The notes beneath the pieces are model-generated. The model did no database searches, had not been told where the DNA came from, and saw only the letters and a program-made list of their open reading frames with translations. A stretch of DNA of 64,000 nt from Escherichia coli (GTDB lineage: Bacteria; Pseudomonadota; Gammaproteobacteria; Enterobacterales; Enterobacteriaceae). Position 1 is the first letter of the stretch; every line of letters begins with the position of its first letter. Positions 14,421 to 29,687 of the stretch are shown here, one piece after another. Made by a program: the position numbers and the translations under genes. Where the stretch lies: the NCBI RefSeq assembly GCF_013315695.1, contig NZ_CP054353.1, one strand, 5' to 3'.

Positions 14421-15285
14421 GATGTTCCTCCTGCTGCGCGCGTTTTTCCTGATTCTCCAGACGCCACTGCAACATACTCTTTAAAAACAGGGTGATAATC
14501 GCCATCAGCGTCAACAACGCGGCAGCGGTAAAGGAGCCGACGGTGTTGTAGTCCTGCTCCAGCAATTCAATCTGTAACGGCAGCGAAAGTGTTTCGCCGC
14601 GAATCGAGCCGGAAACCACCGACACCGCACCAAACTCGCCAATCGCGCGGGCGTTGGTCAGCACCACGCCATAAAGCAGCGCCCAGCGGATGTTCGGCAG
14701 CGTGACGCGACGGAACATCTGCCAGCCAGATGCGCCCAGCAAAATCGCTGCTTCGTCTTCCTGGCTGCCCTGGCTTAACATTACCGGCACCAGCTCGCGC
14801 ACCACAAACGGACAGGTCACGAAGATGGTGACCAGCACCATTCCCGGCCAGGAGAACATAATTTGCAGGTTATGCTCATCCAGCCAGCCACCGAGCGGGC
14901 CGTTAGAGCCGTAAAACAGCAGATACACCAGACCGGCAACCACCGGCGACACGGCAAACGGAATGTCCAGCAGCGTCAGCAGCAACTGGCGTCCGGGGAA
15001 GTTAAAGCGCGTCACCAGCCAGGCCAGCAGAATGCCGAACACCAGGTTCACCGGCACGGCAATCAGCGCAATCATCACCGTCAGCCAGATGGCGTGCAGC
15101 ATGTCCGGATCGGCCAGATTCTGTAAAACTGGCATCAGCCCTTTGCTGAATGCCTGCACGAAGATGTAAATCATCGGCACCAGCAGGATGAACGCCGAAA
15201 CCAGCATCCCGATGCCAATCAGAAACCATTTGCCCCAGTTAATCGGGCGCGCGTCATAACGCTTCAATTGGGTAACTTCCGCCAT
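14410..15285 (-). CDS. cysW: Sulfate/thiosulfate ABC transporter permease
   Basis: 291-aa multi-TM ORF; overlaps cysA start by 11 bp. Confidence 0.93.
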   Translation of the reverse strand: MAEVTQLKRYDARPINWGKWFLIGIGMLVSAFILLVPMIYIFVQAFSKGLMPVLQNLADPDMLHAIWLTVMIALIAVPVNLVFGILLAWLVTRFNFPGRQLLLTLLDIPFAVSPVVAGLVYLLFYGSNGPLGGWLDEHNLQIMFSWPGMVLVTIFVTCPFVVRELVPVMLSQGSQEDEAAILLGASGWQMFRRVTLPNIRWALLYGVVLTNARAIGEFGAVSVVSGSIRGETLSLPLQIELLEQDYNTVGSFTAAALLTLMAIITLFLKSMLQWRLENQEKRAQQEEHHEH

Positions 15286-16118
15286 TAATGACCTACCACA
15301 CGCCGACCAAAGCGACTTTGCAGAGTGTTAATTGAGAACAGCAGCAGCAGGGATGCCGCGAGGATCACCGAAGCAATCGCGCTCGCCGCCGGGTAATCAA
15401 ACTCCTGTAAGCGAACAAAAATCATCAGCGACGTCACTTCCGTCTTCCAGGCAATGTTCCCGGCGATGAAAATCACCGCGCCAAATTCACCAAGACTACG
15501 GGTAAACGACAGCGCCACGCCCGCCACCAGCGCCGGAGAAAGCTCCGGCAGCACCACTTTGCAGAAACTCTGCCAGCGCGTTGCGCCGAGCGTTTCTGCC
15601 GCTTCTTCATATTCCGGGCCTAACTCTTCCAGCACCGGCTGCACGGTACGCACCACAAACGGAATACTGGTAAAAGCCATCGCCACCGCAATCCCCAGCC
15701 AGGTATAGGTAACTTTGATATCAAACTTCGCCAGCCATTCACCGTAAAAACCGTTCACGGAAAAGAGCGAGGCCAGCGTTAAACCGGCCACTGCCGTTGG
15801 CAGCGCAAAGGGTAAATCCATCAGCGCATCGAGCAGCGTGCGGCCCGGAAAGCGATAGCGGGTTAAGATCCACGCCATCAGCAAACCGAAAACGCCGTTA
15901 AAAATCGACGCGACAAACGCTGACAGCAGCGTCACTTTGTAGGCCGCGACCACCTGCGGGTTGGTGATCACCTCCCAGTACTGCGCCCAGCTCATCTGAG
16001 CCAGCTGCATCACCAGCGCGGAGAGCGGCAGCAGCAAAATCAGGCACACAAACAGCAGACTGGTGCCGAGGCTTAAGGTAAAGCCCGGCAGCACGCGTCT
16101 TGATGAAACTGCAAACAT
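15285..16118 (-). CDS. cysU: Sulfate/thiosulfate ABC transporter permease (CysU/CysT)
   Basis: 277-aa multi-TM ORF; 1-bp overlaps with cysW and cysP. Confidence 0.93.
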   Translation of the reverse strand: MFAVSSRRVLPGFTLSLGTSLLFVCLILLLPLSALVMQLAQMSWAQYWEVITNPQVVAAYKVTLLSAFVASIFNGVFGLLMAWILTRYRFPGRTLLDALMDLPFALPTAVAGLTLASLFSVNGFYGEWLAKFDIKVTYTWLGIAVAMAFTSIPFVVRTVQPVLEELGPEYEEAAETLGATRWQSFCKVVLPELSPALVAGVALSFTRSLGEFGAVIFIAGNIAWKTEVTSLMIFVRLQEFDYPAASAIASVILAASLLLLFSINTLQSRFGRRVVGH

Positions 16119-17134
16119 TAATTACGCCCCGCCGCTAACAGCTTGTCTAACTCGCCGCCGCTGGTGAAGTGGGTTTTCATCACTTCCGGCCAGGAGCCAA
16201 ATTTGTCTTCCACGCGGAACAGTTCGGTCTGCGGGAATTTGTCTTTCAGTTTGTCCATAACTTCCGGGTTATTTACGCGGTAGTAATAGTCGGTGATGAT
16301 GGTTTGCGCCTGCGGGCTGTAGAGCCAGTTCAGGTAAGCTTTTGCTGCTTTTTCCGTACCGTTGGCCTGCACGTTTTTATCGACCCACGCCACCGGGAAT
16401 TCCGCCAGAATATTGGTTTTCGGAATCACCACTTCAAAGCCTTGCGCTTCATACTGTTTGCGAATGTTGTTCACTTCCGATTCAAAGCTAATCAGTACAT
16501 CGCCCAGCCCGCGCTCGGCAAAAGTGGTGGTCGCGCCACGACCGCCGGTATCGAACACTTCAACGTTTTTCAGGAACTGGGTCATAAACTGTTCGGTTTT
16601 GGCTTTGTCGCCACCGTCAGCTTTATCCGCTGCGCCCCATGCCGCCAGATAGGTATAACGCGCGTTACCCGACGTTTTCGGATTCGGGAAAATCAGCTTC
16701 ACGTCGGAGCGCACGAGGTCGTTCCAGTCGTGAATATTCTTCGGGTTGCCCTTACGCACCAGGAAGCCCATGGTGGAGTAGAACGGCGAGCTATTATTCG
16801 GCAGGCGCGACTGCCAGTCGGCCGGGATCAGCTTGCCTTTGTCATGCAGGATTTGTACGTCGGTCACCTGGTTATAAGTGACAACGTCGGCTTTTAAGCC
16901 CTGCAAAATCGCCAGCGCCTGTTTTGATGACCCGGCATGAGATTGTTTTATAGTCAGTTTGTCGCCGCCGTTATCTTTTGCCCATTGTTGCTCAAACGGC
17001 GGGTTCAGGGCGGCAAACAGCTCGCGGGAGACGTCATAAGAACTGTTCAGCAGTTCCGTTGCCTGTACATGGCCCGCCAGCAGCAGAGAAGCGACCAGCG
17101 CGAGTGAGTTCTTTTTCAGTAAGTTAACGGCCAT
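16118..17134 (-). CDS. cysP: Thiosulfate-binding periplasmic protein
   Basis: 338-aa ORF with signal peptide; first gene of cysPUWAM as read on minus strand. Confidence 0.93.
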   Translation of the reverse strand: MAVNLLKKNSLALVASLLLAGHVQATELLNSSYDVSRELFAALNPPFEQQWAKDNGGDKLTIKQSHAGSSKQALAILQGLKADVVTYNQVTDVQILHDKGKLIPADWQSRLPNNSSPFYSTMGFLVRKGNPKNIHDWNDLVRSDVKLIFPNPKTSGNARYTYLAAWGAADKADGGDKAKTEQFMTQFLKNVEVFDTGGRGATTTFAERGLGDVLISFESEVNNIRKQYEAQGFEVVIPKTNILAEFPVAWVDKNVQANGTEKAAKAYLNWLYSPQAQTIITDYYYRVNNPEVMDKLKDKFPQTELFRVEDKFGSWPEVMKTHFTSGGELDKLLAAGRN

Positions 17135-17291
17135 TGCGCACCCTTATAAATTTAATGACTTTCTAATAGCCATCATATTTATAACGGACGTGAAAGGAGT
17201 AACGGTTTTATATACCGTTTGGTGATTTGGAAGTTGAAAAGGGAATAAGACGAAATCCTCCCCACAAATGCAGGGAGGAAACAGAGGTGAA

Positions 17292-18083
17292 TCAGATGCC
17301 GACGCTGACCGTCTCCGGCAGTGTGCTGCCGCCATCAATCACATTCTGTGTACCGGTTAAATAACTTGATTCATCCGATGCGAGGAAGGCTGCCAGTTCG
17401 CCGACTTCCAGCGGATCGGCGAGGCGACGCATCGGGATTGCTTTTGCCATTTCAGTCAGCACCGATTCTGGATCTTCCGGGTTCGACTGGCGGGCAATGC
17501 TTTCCGCCATTGGCGTGCGTACGTATCCCGGGCAGATGGCGTTAACGCGAATACCAGACTGCGCGTACTCCACCGCCAGCGATTTAGTCAGGCCAACAAT
17601 CGCCGCTTTCGTTAAGGCGTACGCCGTTTCGCCCGGATCGGCCACCATATCGCCAGTGACTGAAGACATCATCACAATGCGGCCATCTTTGCGGGCAATC
17701 ATCTCCGGCAGCACCGCCTTCGTGACGTTCCATACGCCTTTTATATTGATATCAATATGGAAATCGCGATCTTCATCGCTCATATCGAGGAAACTGCCCA
17801 GACGACAAACGCCTGCGTTATTCACCAGAATATCAATGCGCCCTTCTTTTTCCTTAGCGCGCTTGATAGCTGCGGCGACCGACGCCGGGTCACGCACATC
17901 GGCGACAACCGCCGTACAGCGATGACCACGACCACACAGTTCGTCCGCCAGCTTTTCGATCTCAGGGGAGATATCCAGCAAGATTAGGTTTGCGCCATGA
18001 CGCGCAAAAGTTCTGGCAATTCCTTCGCCAATTCCCTGCAATGCGCCCGTAATCAGTGCTGTCTTGCCCGTGAGTTTACCCAT
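17292..18083 (-). CDS. ucpA: Short-chain dehydrogenase/reductase UcpA
   Basis: 263-aa product from ATG at 18083 (MGKLTGKTALITGALQGIGEGIA..., Rossmann TGxxxGIG); AAGGAG RBS upstream; ORF track start at 18149 is an extension. Confidence 0.85.
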   Translation of the reverse strand: MGKLTGKTALITGALQGIGEGIARTFARHGANLILLDISPEIEKLADELCGRGHRCTAVVADVRDPASVAAAIKRAKEKEGRIDILVNNAGVCRLGSFLDMSDEDRDFHIDINIKGVWNVTKAVLPEMIARKDGRIVMMSSVTGDMVADPGETAYALTKAAIVGLTKSLAVEYAQSGIRVNAICPGYVRTPMAESIARQSNPEDPESVLTEMAKAIPMRRLADPLEVGELAAFLASDESSYLTGTQNVIDGGSTLPETVSVGI

Positions 18084-18211
18084 TTTAATGCTCTCCTTGT
18101 TAATACAGAGCGTTACACTCCATTCCCTCTGAAAATACAGGATAAACAAAATATTGCTGCGGATCAGCTCACTAATTCAGGAAAATCTCAATCCAGTCGC
18201 TGCTTTATGCA

Positions 18212-19069
18212 TCATTTCAGGCGTTGTGTTAGCTCACTGCTGCGCTCAATCATTTTCAATGACTCCACATCATTGAGTTGCACAAGGCCAACAAACAGTA
18301 AGTCGGTAACAGAATTTTGCGCCGTGCGGGTAGACATCGACGAGCTACGCCATTCGGTTTCGCCAGAAACGGTATCGAGGGTGTAATGCGCCAGCCGCCG
18401 CAGCGGGGAATCGGTTAATGAGGTAATGGCAATCACCGTTGCCCCCTGCTTTCGCGCTGCCTCGGCGCACAAGACAATCTCTTTTTTACTGCCGCTGTAA
18501 GAGATAGCGATTTGTACATCGCCTTTTTTTAGCGCCTGAGAAACGGTGGCTTGTACGTGCGTGTCGGCTTCACAGGCCACGCGATAGCCAATTTTCATCA
18601 GTTTGAACGACAGATCGCGCCCCACCAGCGCCGACCCGCCCAGGCCCGTTATCTGGATAAGCGGTGCTTTACTGATGGCCTCAATGATTTTTTGCAGCCG
18701 CGCGTAGTCGAACAACGCGCAGGTTTGCTCCAGCGCCAGCTCTTTTTCGCGATTCAGTTTGCGGGCAATCACTTCCAGCGAATCATCACTGGTAATCGAA
18801 CTGTGCAGGTGCAGCGCCGTGGCATTCGTTTTCTCCCGGCTGGCACTGTATTCGCCAATTAACGCCATACGCAATTCAGTAAATCCTTGCGCGCCGAGCT
18901 TCTGGGCAAACTTCACAATACTCGACTGGCTGATGCCGAGCTGTTTCGCCATCTTGCGCGAAGAGACGGATTTCAGCTCACTCACGTTGGCCCGCAGAAA
19001 GTCAGCAATTTTTTGCTCGTTCCCGGTAAATTCACTTTCCGCATTGCGTATTTTCGTCAGGTACAACAT
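18212..19069 (-). CDS. murR: RpiR/MurR-family repressor of N-acetylmuramic acid catabolism (HTH + SIS domain)
   Basis: 285-aa product from ATG at 19069 ([25 protein letters not shown]...); divergent from murQP; ORF track start at 19324 overlaps murQ and is an extension. Confidence 0.88.
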   Translation of the reverse strand: MLYLTKIRNAESEFTGNEQKIADFLRANVSELKSVSSRKMAKQLGISQSSIVKFAQKLGAQGFTELRMALIGEYSASREKTNATALHLHSSITSDDSLEVIARKLNREKELALEQTCALFDYARLQKIIEAISKAPLIQITGLGGSALVGRDLSFKLMKIGYRVACEADTHVQATVSQALKKGDVQIAISYSGSKKEIVLCAEAARKQGATVIAITSLTDSPLRRLAHYTLDTVSGETEWRSSSMSTRTAQNSVTDLLFVGLVQLNDVESLKMIERSSELTQRLK

Positions 19070-19232
19070 CTTCCACTCTCCTGGGCTGGCAGCAAAAATT
19101 CCGCTTAAGTTCTTATGACGCTCTTCACACTCTGCGAGTGTAGACTCAATGATTCCTTTAAGTCTGTCAATTCGGGATATATGATTCCATACATCTGCAA
19201 TTATTTGATCGTAAATAGTAAGGTCACCACCG
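19070..19232. promoter_or_regulatory. murR-murQ divergent control region
   Basis: 163-bp AT-rich intergenic region between divergently oriented murR and murQP; known in K-12 to carry MurR operators; individual sites not resolved here. Confidence 0.45.
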
Positions 19233-20129
19233 ATGCAACTTGAAAAGATGATTACCGAAGGCTCGAACGCCGCTTCGGCTGAAATTGACCGCGTATCAAC
19301 GCTGGAAATGTGCCGGATTATCAACGATGAAGATAAAACCGTACCACTCGCCGTTGAGCGCGTACTGCCGGATATCGCCGCAGCGATCGATGTTATCCAC
19401 GCCCAGGTAAGCGGCGGCGGGCGTCTGATTTATCTCGGTGCGGGAACATCAGGTCGTCTGGGGATTCTGGATGCCAGCGAATGTCCGCCGACCTACGGCG
19501 TGAAACCGGGTCTGGTGGTTGGATTAATTGCTGGCGGCGAATATGCCATTCAGCACGCGGTGGAAGGCGCAGAAGATAGCCGGGAAGGCGGCGTTAACGA
19601 TCTGAAAAATATTAATTTAACGGCACAGGATGTGGTGGTTGGCATTGCTGCCAGCGGTCGCACGCCGTATGTGATTGCCGGACTGGAATATGCACGCCAG
19701 CTCGGCTGCCGTACAGTGGGAATTTCCTGTAATCCGGGGAGTGCCGTTTCCACCACCGCTGAGTTTGCCATTACACCGATTGTAGGTGCCGAAGTGGTTA
19801 CCGGTTCTTCACGAATGAAAGCAGGCACAGCGCAGAAACTGGTGCTCAATATGCTCTCCACCGGGCTGATGATTAAATCCGGCAAAGTGTTCGGCAACCT
19901 GATGGTCGATGTGGTCGCCACCAACGAAAAACTGTATGTGCGCCAGGTCAATATCGTCAAAAACGCTACCGGATGTAATGCCGAACAAGCGGAAGCGGCG
20001 TTAATTGCTTGCGAGCGCAACTGTAAAACGGCCATTGTGATGGTACTGAAAAATCTCGATGCCGATGAAGCTAAAAAATGCCTGGATCAACACGGCGGTT
20101 TTATTCGCAAGGCTCTGGAAAAGGAATAA
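19233..20129 (+). CDS. murQ: N-acetylmuramic acid 6-phosphate etherase (SIS domain)
   Basis: 298-aa ORF. Confidence 0.93.
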   Translation: MQLEKMITEGSNAASAEIDRVSTLEMCRIINDEDKTVPLAVERVLPDIAAAIDVIHAQVSGGGRLIYLGAGTSGRLGILDASECPPTYGVKPGLVVGLIAGGEYAIQHAVEGAEDSREGGVNDLKNINLTAQDVVVGIAASGRTPYVIAGLEYARQLGCRTVGISCNPGSAVSTTAEFAITPIVGAEVVTGSSRMKAGTAQKLVLNMLSTGLMIKSGKVFGNLMVDVVATNEKLYVRQVNIVKNATGCNAEQAEAALIACERNCKTAIVMVLKNLDADEAKKCLDQHGGFIRKALEKE

Positions 20130-20132
20130 CCC

Positions 20133-21557
<1,425 letters not shown>

Positions 21558-21561
21558 TAAT

Positions 21562-22866
21562 ATGAAACGGACAATGCTCTATCTTTCTCTGCTGGCTGTC
21601 AGCTGTAGCGTCAGCGCCGCAAAATACCCTGTTCTGACAGAAAGTTCGCCAGAGAAGGCAGGGTTTAACGTCGAACGGCTTAATCAGATGGATCGCTGGA
21701 TAAGCCAGCAAGTTGATGCCGGTTATCCCGGCGTAAACCTGCTGATTATAAAAGATAATCAGATTGTTTATCGCAAAGCCTGGGGCGCGGCGAAAAAGTA
21801 CGATGGCAGCGCGTTAATGGCGCAGCCTGTAAAAGCCACCACCGGGACGCTGTATGATCTGGCCTCAAACACCAAGATGTACGCCACTAACTTCGCGCTG
21901 CAAAAGCTGATGAGCGAAGGCAAACTGCATCCTGACGATCGGATTGCGAAATATATTCCAGGGTTTGCCGACAGCCCGAACGATGCGATCAAAGGCAAAA
22001 ACACGCTGCGGATTTCTGATCTGCTGCATCACAGCGGCGGTTTCCCGGCAGATCCGCAATACCCGAATAAAGCGGTCGCGGGCGCGTTATATTCCCAGGA
22101 TAAAGGCCAGACGCTGGAGATGATCAAGCGCACGCCGCTGGAGTATCAGCCCGGCAGCAAGCATATCTACAGCGATGTCGATTATATGCTGCTTGGATTT
22201 ATCGTCGAGTCGGTTACCGGTCAGCCACTTGACCACTATGTTGAAGAGTCGATTTATCGCCCGCTCGGCCTGACGCATACGGTGTTTAATCCGCTACTGA
22301 AAGGCTTTAAACCGCAACAAATTGCCGCCACGGAACTCAACGGCAATACCCGCGATGGCGTGATCCATTTCCCGAATATCCGCACCTCCACTCTCTGGGG
22401 TCAGGTGCACGATGAAAAAGCCTTTTATTCGATGGGCGGCGTTTCCGGGCACGCAGGTTTGTTTTCCAATACCGGCGATATTGCGGTGTTAATGCAAACG
22501 ATGCTGAACGGCGGTGGCTATGGTGATGTGCAGCTGTTCAGTGCGGAAACGGTGAAGATGTTCACCACCAGCTCTAAGGAAGATGCCACTTTTGGCCTCG
22601 GCTGGCGCGTGAATGGTAATGCCACCATGACGCCGACGTTTGGCACGCTGGCAAGCCCGCAAACCTACGGTCACACTGGCTGGACCGGGACGGTGACCGT
22701 TATCGATCCGGTGAATCATATGGCGATTGTGATGTTAAGCAATAAGCCGCATTCGCCAGTAGCCGATCCGCAAAAGAATCCCAATATGTTCGAAAGCGGT
22801 CAGTTGCCGATTGCAACTTATGGTTGGGTTGTTGATCAGGTATATGCGGCGTTGAAGCAGAAGTAA
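21562..22866 (+). CDS. yfeW: Penicillin-binding protein 4B / beta-lactamase-family protein
   Basis: 434-aa product from ATG at 21562 (MKRTMLYLSLLAVSCSVSA signal peptide); SxxK motif (SNTK); ORF track start at 21475 overlaps murP and is an extension. Confidence 0.85.
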   Translation: MKRTMLYLSLLAVSCSVSAAKYPVLTESSPEKAGFNVERLNQMDRWISQQVDAGYPGVNLLIIKDNQIVYRKAWGAAKKYDGSALMAQPVKATTGTLYDLASNTKMYATNFALQKLMSEGKLHPDDRIAKYIPGFADSPNDAIKGKNTLRISDLLHHSGGFPADPQYPNKAVAGALYSQDKGQTLEMIKRTPLEYQPGSKHIYSDVDYMLLGFIVESVTGQPLDHYVEESIYRPLGLTHTVFNPLLKGFKPQQIAATELNGNTRDGVIHFPNIRTSTLWGQVHDEKAFYSMGGVSGHAGLFSNTGDIAVLMQTMLNGGGYGDVQLFSAETVKMFTTSSKEDATFGLGWRVNGNATMTPTFGTLASPQTYGHTGWTGTVTVIDPVNHMAIVMLSNKPHSPVADPQKNPNMFESGQLPIATYGWVVDQVYAALKQK

Positions 22867-22867
22867 T

Positions 22868-22903
22868 AAAAAGGCCAGTCAGTAATGTTACTGCCTGGCC
22901 TTT
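22868..22903. terminator. Bidirectional terminator hairpin between yfeW and yfeX
   Basis: Long imperfect palindrome AAAAAGGCCAGTCAGTAA-tg-TTACTGCCTGGCCTTT with A/T runs on both sides. Confidence 0.55.
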
Positions 22904-22923
22904 AATCAATGAATCAGAAACGC

Positions 22924-23907
<984 letters not shown>

Positions 23908-23918
23908 TCAGACGCAAA

Positions 23919-24494
23919 TTAACGCCGCCAGATAATTTTACTGACTTTCCAGTTTTTCAGGGTATCGTCCGAAGGCATTAACCCTTCAGGACCACTCCAT
24001 TCCCCGCTGAACTGGTAGCTAATATGTTGACTGCCTTCGGCTTTACATTCGACGGCACGATTATCATCACCATCAGCTTTTTGGCAATTGCCAAATGCTT
24101 TGCTGTAAAGGTCGCTAAACGGTGTACCGATTTTAACACCGGTGTCAGCAGGAATATCGCTATCCAGCACATCAATGCGGCTGATCGTACCCTGATCGCC
24201 GTTAATCACCATCGCCACGTTGTCGCCTTTCATCACTTCAAAAAAGCGCACCACGTTGCCGTTCGCGGTTTTCATTCCGCTGCGCAGGCGATAATCGCCA
24301 TCAAGCGCATCGGCAATGGCTTGTTCTTGCAGTGGTGTGGACGCCGTTAATTCACCCACGCCCTGCTCGCTCACTTTGGTGGACGACCCAAACCAGTTCC
24401 ACGGGTTAGCGGCAGACCAGTTAACTGACGACATCGTGGAACAGCCGGTCAGCATCAACGGCATAGCGCATAACATTAAACGCAGCGATTTCAT
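23919..24494 (-). CDS. yfeY: Outer-membrane lipoprotein YfeY (DUF1131)
   Basis: 191-aa ORF with lipobox LTGC after signal peptide. Confidence 0.8.
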   Translation of the reverse strand: MKSLRLMLCAMPLMLTGCSTMSSVNWSAANPWNWFGSSTKVSEQGVGELTASTPLQEQAIADALDGDYRLRSGMKTANGNVVRFFEVMKGDNVAMVINGDQGTISRIDVLDSDIPADTGVKIGTPFSDLYSKAFGNCQKADGDDNRAVECKAEGSQHISYQFSGEWSGPEGLMPSDDTLKNWKVSKIIWRR

Positions 24495-24554
24495 GTCACT
24501 TCCTTTGGTTATTCAATAACGTTGCTTGGAGTGCAAATTCACCAAAAAGTGCCG

Positions 24555-25010
24555 TTATTCTTTTTCTTCATTAAAACAAGCGCGTAAACGTCGATTGGTC
24601 AGCAGCCAGATTAACGCCACGATATCCGCCACTACCAGCGCCAGACCGATACCGCTAACGGATTCACCGTTCAGCCACAGCCACGGTTGCCAGCAAAGTA
24701 AAACCACCTGCGCCAACAGCAACAGAAAATAGAGCACATGCCAGATACGGGGAAATGAAGCCCGCCGACCACTCAGCAAAAATGCCAGCACCGCCGGAAT
24801 ACCGGGAATCAACCCCAGCCAGAAATTATCGTGATCGGGATAAAACAGATTTAGCAGTGCAGTACCCTGCTCGCGCGACGCACCGGCAATGACAAACAGC
24901 ACCCAGGTTCGCGCCTGAAGCAATAGCACAAGCCAGAAGAGCAAGGGTAAACGCAGGCGACCGTGCGCATCATAATGGACAGGATGAAACTCAGTACTCT
25001 TCATCTTCAA
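24555..25010 (-). CDS. yfeZ: Inner-membrane protein YfeZ
   Basis: 151-aa hydrophobic ORF; overlaps ypeA 3' end. Confidence 0.78.
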
Positions 25011-25416
25011 TCAAACGCTTACCCAGACTCAGTACGTCGGCGTGTTCATATCCCAGGCGTTCATACATTCCGAGCACCATGTCGTTATCTTCCGGCACGT
25101 TGATCTGAATTTTCGGACAGCCGCGAGCAATCAGCTTTTTCTCCAACCGATTAAGCAACGCATTAGCAATCCCACGCCCACGAAACTCTGGATGCACGCC
25201 AAGATAATAAGCAGACCCGCGATGCCCGTCATAACCGCCCATCACCGTTCCGACCACTTCACCGTTTACCTCAGCGACCAGAAACAAACTGACGTCATGG
25301 TTCATCTTACGCTCGATGTCCATTTCCGGATCGTTCCACGGACGCAGCAAGTCGCAACGCTCCCAAAGGGTGATGACCTCTTCGAAATCTTCCTGGCGAA
25401 ATACGCGTATCTCCAT
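24991..25416 (-). CDS. ypeA: GNAT-family N-acetyltransferase YpeA
   Basis: 141-aa product from ATG at 25416 ([31 protein letters not shown]...); GNAT motif [10 protein letters not shown]; ORF track start at 25527 is an extension. Confidence 0.85.
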
Positions 25417-25629
25417 GGTATTCGTTACCTTTTTGCGGGTTAAAAGGCTGATTATGGCGTGAACGGTCGAATTAGCCAATATCTGACGAAAATCGGTTGA
25501 AAAAGTGGCATAATGGGGAGTTGTCAACTATTGAAATGAAAAGTAAAACAATTCTCAACAGCAAACGGTCGTAACGGATTACGCGATACGATATAACATC
25601 TGGAACTTTATTATTACAACTCAGGCCGT

Positions 25630-26499
25630 ATGAGCACTTTTAAACCACTAAAAACACTCACTTCGCGCCGCCAGGTGCTGAAAGCCGGTTTGGCTGCCCT
25701 GACGTTGTCAGGAATGTCGCAAGCCATCGCCAAAGACGAACCTTTAAAAACCAGCAACGGACACAGCAAGCCGAAAGCCAAAAAATCTGGCGGCAAACGT
25801 GTCGTTGTTCTCGATCCAGGCCACGGCGGGATTGATACCGGAGCGATCGGACGCAACGGTTCGAAAGAAAAACATGTGGTGCTGGCGATTGCTAAAAACG
25901 TCCGTTCCATTTTGCGTAATCATGGCATTGATGCGCGTTTAACGCGTTCTGGCGATACGTTTATCCCACTATACGATCGCGTTGAAATCGCCCATAAACA
26001 TGGCGCAGATCTGTTTATGTCAATTCATGCCGATGGCTTTACCAACCCGAAAGCTGCCGGTGCTTCGGTATTTGCCCTCTCTAACCGCGGTGCTAGTAGC
26101 GCAATGGCGAAATACCTGTCTGAACGCGAAAACCGCGCTGATGAAGTTGCCGGTAAAAAGGCGACTGACAAGGATCACCTATTGCAGCAAGTGCTGTTTG
26201 ATCTGGTGCAAACCGATACTATTAAAAACAGCCTGACGCTCGGCTCGCATATTCTGAAGAAGATTAAGCCGGTGCATAAACTGCACAGCCGCAACACCGA
26301 ACAAGCCGCGTTTGTGGTGTTGAAATCGCCGTCGGTTCCGTCGGTGCTGGTGGAAACCTCGTTTATCACCAACCCGGAAGAAGAGCGGCTGTTAGGCACG
26401 GCGGCGTTTCGCCAGAAAATCGCCACAGCGATTGCCGAAGGCGTGATCAGTTATTTCCACTGGTTTGACAACCAGAAAGCACACTCGAGAAAGCGATAA
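25630..26499 (+). CDS. amiA: N-acetylmuramoyl-L-alanine amidase A (Tat-exported)
   Basis: 289-aa ORF with twin-arginine signal (SRRQVLKAGLAALTLSG); Amidase_3 fold. Confidence 0.93.
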   Translation: MSTFKPLKTLTSRRQVLKAGLAALTLSGMSQAIAKDEPLKTSNGHSKPKAKKSGGKRVVVLDPGHGGIDTGAIGRNGSKEKHVVLAIAKNVRSILRNHGIDARLTRSGDTFIPLYDRVEIAHKHGADLFMSIHADGFTNPKAAGASVFALSNRGASSAMAKYLSERENRADEVAGKKATDKDHLLQQVLFDLVQTDTIKNSLTLGSHILKKIKPVHKLHSRNTEQAAFVVLKSPSVPSVLVETSFITNPEEERLLGTAAFRQKIATAIAEGVISYFHWFDNQKAHSRKR

Positions 26500-27402
<903 letters not shown>

Positions 27403-27407
27403 CTCCC

Positions 27408-28460
27408 TCACCCCCACTCCCGCATCCGCTGATGCAGCGTCAGTGACGGCTTCTCGGCAAACAGTTGCTGATAATCCGTAGCAAATTGCCCAAGATGCCA
27501 GAATCCCCACTGCATGGCGGCGTCTTTTACCGTCATACTTTGCGACCACGGGCTTATCAGTTCGCGGCGCACGGCGTTCAGGCGAATGCGTTTCAGCCAC
27601 GCGTTTGGGCCAATGCCTAAAATAGCGTGAAAAGCGTTTTGTAGCGTGCGGCGGCTGACATGTAGTTGATTACACAAGTCCAGCACCGTCACCGGTTCGG
27701 ACATGTTTTCCAGCACATATTCACGGGCGCGGGAAAGCAATCGACGGTAACTCTGATGACTGATGCTTTCCGCCGTCACCATTGGCTGCGCTTCTTCCAG
27801 CATCGCCCCCATCGCCATTAGCAAGTTATCCCCCAGCACTTTTCGCACTGCAGGCTGATGGAGATTTTCCGGGTTCTCGCAAAACGTCGCCAGCGCCTGT
27901 TGGACAAAGCCCCACAGAGCGGCTTTATGCTGCTCTTTCACTTCCAGCGCCGACTGGCTACGCAGCATATGTAATACCCGATCCGGATTATGCAAAAAGT
28001 TAGCCTGACGAGTGATGACATCTTCAGAAAGCACTACGCCCAGGATCGTGTAATCGTCCGGCGTACTTAATTCAAACTCGGTTCCACCCGGGCGCGTCGC
28101 AATTTCTGCGCTTCCCAGACATTGCGAACCGATAAATCCCTGCTCACCGCGCGTCGCCGGAATGCCAAACCAGAACGAGTTCGGCCAGACCAGGCACGAC
28201 TGACGCAGCGCCAGACCGGTGTATTCACGAAAAACCTGAATATCATCGAGTAGAATTTCCGTAAATTCACCATGAAACTTGCCCGGATGCAGCTGATCGT
28301 AAATCTGCTGCCAGGCGGTAATCGTCAAAGCATGTTCATAGACATCCGTTGTCTGTCGTTGATGAACATTATCCACTTCGACCTTCGGCGTGAGCTTCAG
28401 GTTTTCGGGTAAGGGTTCATGATAAAGATGGTGCAAATTGGCTGTACGGGTCTTTTTCAT
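27408..28460 (-). CDS. eutR: AraC-family transcriptional activator of the eut operon
   Basis: 350-aa ORF with C-terminal AraC HTH; last gene of eut operon. Confidence 0.93.
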   Translation of the reverse strand: MKKTRTANLHHLYHEPLPENLKLTPKVEVDNVHQRQTTDVYEHALTITAWQQIYDQLHPGKFHGEFTEILLDDIQVFREYTGLALRQSCLVWPNSFWFGIPATRGEQGFIGSQCLGSAEIATRPGGTEFELSTPDDYTILGVVLSEDVITRQANFLHNPDRVLHMLRSQSALEVKEQHKAALWGFVQQALATFCENPENLHQPAVRKVLGDNLLMAMGAMLEEAQPMVTAESISHQSYRRLLSRAREYVLENMSEPVTVLDLCNQLHVSRRTLQNAFHAILGIGPNAWLKRIRLNAVRRELISPWSQSMTVKDAAMQWGFWHLGQFATDYQQLFAEKPSLTLHQRMREWG

Positions 28461-28505
28461 GATGTTAATGCCGGGTGTTGTAGGACACCCGGCACCTCCG
28501 ACAGG

Positions 28506-29012
28506 TTAATGGGGCTTGAGACGGTAACGACTACTGCGTTTACGTAACGTCCCGGCAGAAAAGAGCTGTTCGAGCGCATTTCTGGCTTTTTCCAGCGGCC
28601 AGCCAAAGTGGGCAGCCACTTCTCCTGCCGTCATTCCCTGACGTACTGATGTTAACAGCGCCAACAACTCGTCAGCAGATTCCGCGTCGATAACTGGCGC
28701 GTCGGGTTCCTTTACGGGTTGCTTCGGCTGGCGGTTAAAGCCAGTAACCAGCCACTGGGTGTCATCGTCTGGCCGACCGATCTCCTTACGGCTGATGACA
28801 CGCCCGGTACGCATCGCGGCAGCACAACCTGCGTCCAGCGCCGCACGACACGCCGCCAGATCGCCTTCCACCACCAGCGTTAGGCGACCAGGGTCAAGCA
28901 CTTCATGGCTGAGCAGACGAACGTTAGCTGCTTTGAGCATGGCATCCGCTGCATCTATCGCGGCGACCATGCCGTCAACTTCCAGCAATCCCAGTGCATT
29001 GATCATCGGCAA
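28506..29012 (-). CDS. eutK: Microcompartment shell protein EutK (BMC domain + C-terminal HTH)
   Basis: 168-aa ORF with N-terminal BMC domain (INALGLLEVDGMVAAIDAADAMLKAANV). Confidence 0.9.
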   Translation of the reverse strand: MPMINALGLLEVDGMVAAIDAADAMLKAANVRLLSHEVLDPGRLTLVVEGDLAACRAALDAGCAAAMRTGRVISRKEIGRPDDDTQWLVTGFNRQPKQPVKEPDAPVIDAESADELLALLTSVRQGMTAGEVAAHFGWPLEKARNALEQLFSAGTLRKRSSRYRLKPH

Positions 29013-29018
29013 CCTCCG

Positions 29019-29678
29019 TTACGCACGCTGGATTGGATTACGCGCGATTTCCAGCACTGCATCGGTAAAGGCGTTACAGGCTGCTTTACACGCGGCCTGG
29101 CTACCGGTTAAAAATGCTGCCGAGTAGTTGGTTTCAGACGGTGGCGGGACATAGGTCACCAGCTGCACGTCGGCAGATTTCAACGCTGCATCAATGCCGT
29201 AGGTCGCTTCCAGCGGCGGTGCCACCAGATACGCCATCGGATCGCCAAGCGTGATCCCGGCGGTTGATGAGAGATAAGAACCGGTACGCGAAACGACATG
29301 TGCCAGGAAGGCTGTATTTTCTGCGTCATTAGCCCACTGGAAAGCAGCGCCATTTTCAATATGCGCAACCATCGCATCCAGACCAGCACGCACTTCCGCC
29401 GGGTTTGGCCCACCCAGCATAATCAGCACTTCACCGGCAGTCGGTGACGGGCCGTGTGCGGCTCCCGCATACAGCGAGCGGCCATACACCACTTCCACCA
29501 TCGCCTGCTTGGTCGCTTCGTCAGCCGCAATGTAGGTGACGTCATCTGAATCAGCAGAAATCAGCCCGAGGCTACGAATATGCGGCGGCAATTTCAGTTC
29601 ACGTGCAAATTCGGCGTTAACGGAGGCAATCACCCGCATGGCGGTTACCGACGGTCGAATCAAATCTAAAGCTGGCAT
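29019..29678 (-). CDS. eutL: Microcompartment shell protein EutL (tandem-BMC)
   Basis: 219-aa ORF. Confidence 0.92.
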   Translation of the reverse strand: MPALDLIRPSVTAMRVIASVNAEFARELKLPPHIRSLGLISADSDDVTYIAADEATKQAMVEVVYGRSLYAGAAHGPSPTAGEVLIMLGGPNPAEVRAGLDAMVAHIENGAAFQWANDAENTAFLAHVVSRTGSYLSSTAGITLGDPMAYLVAPPLEATYGIDAALKSADVQLVTYVPPPSETNYSAAFLTGSQAACKAACNAFTDAVLEIARNPIQRA

Positions 29679-29687
29679 GATGCCTCC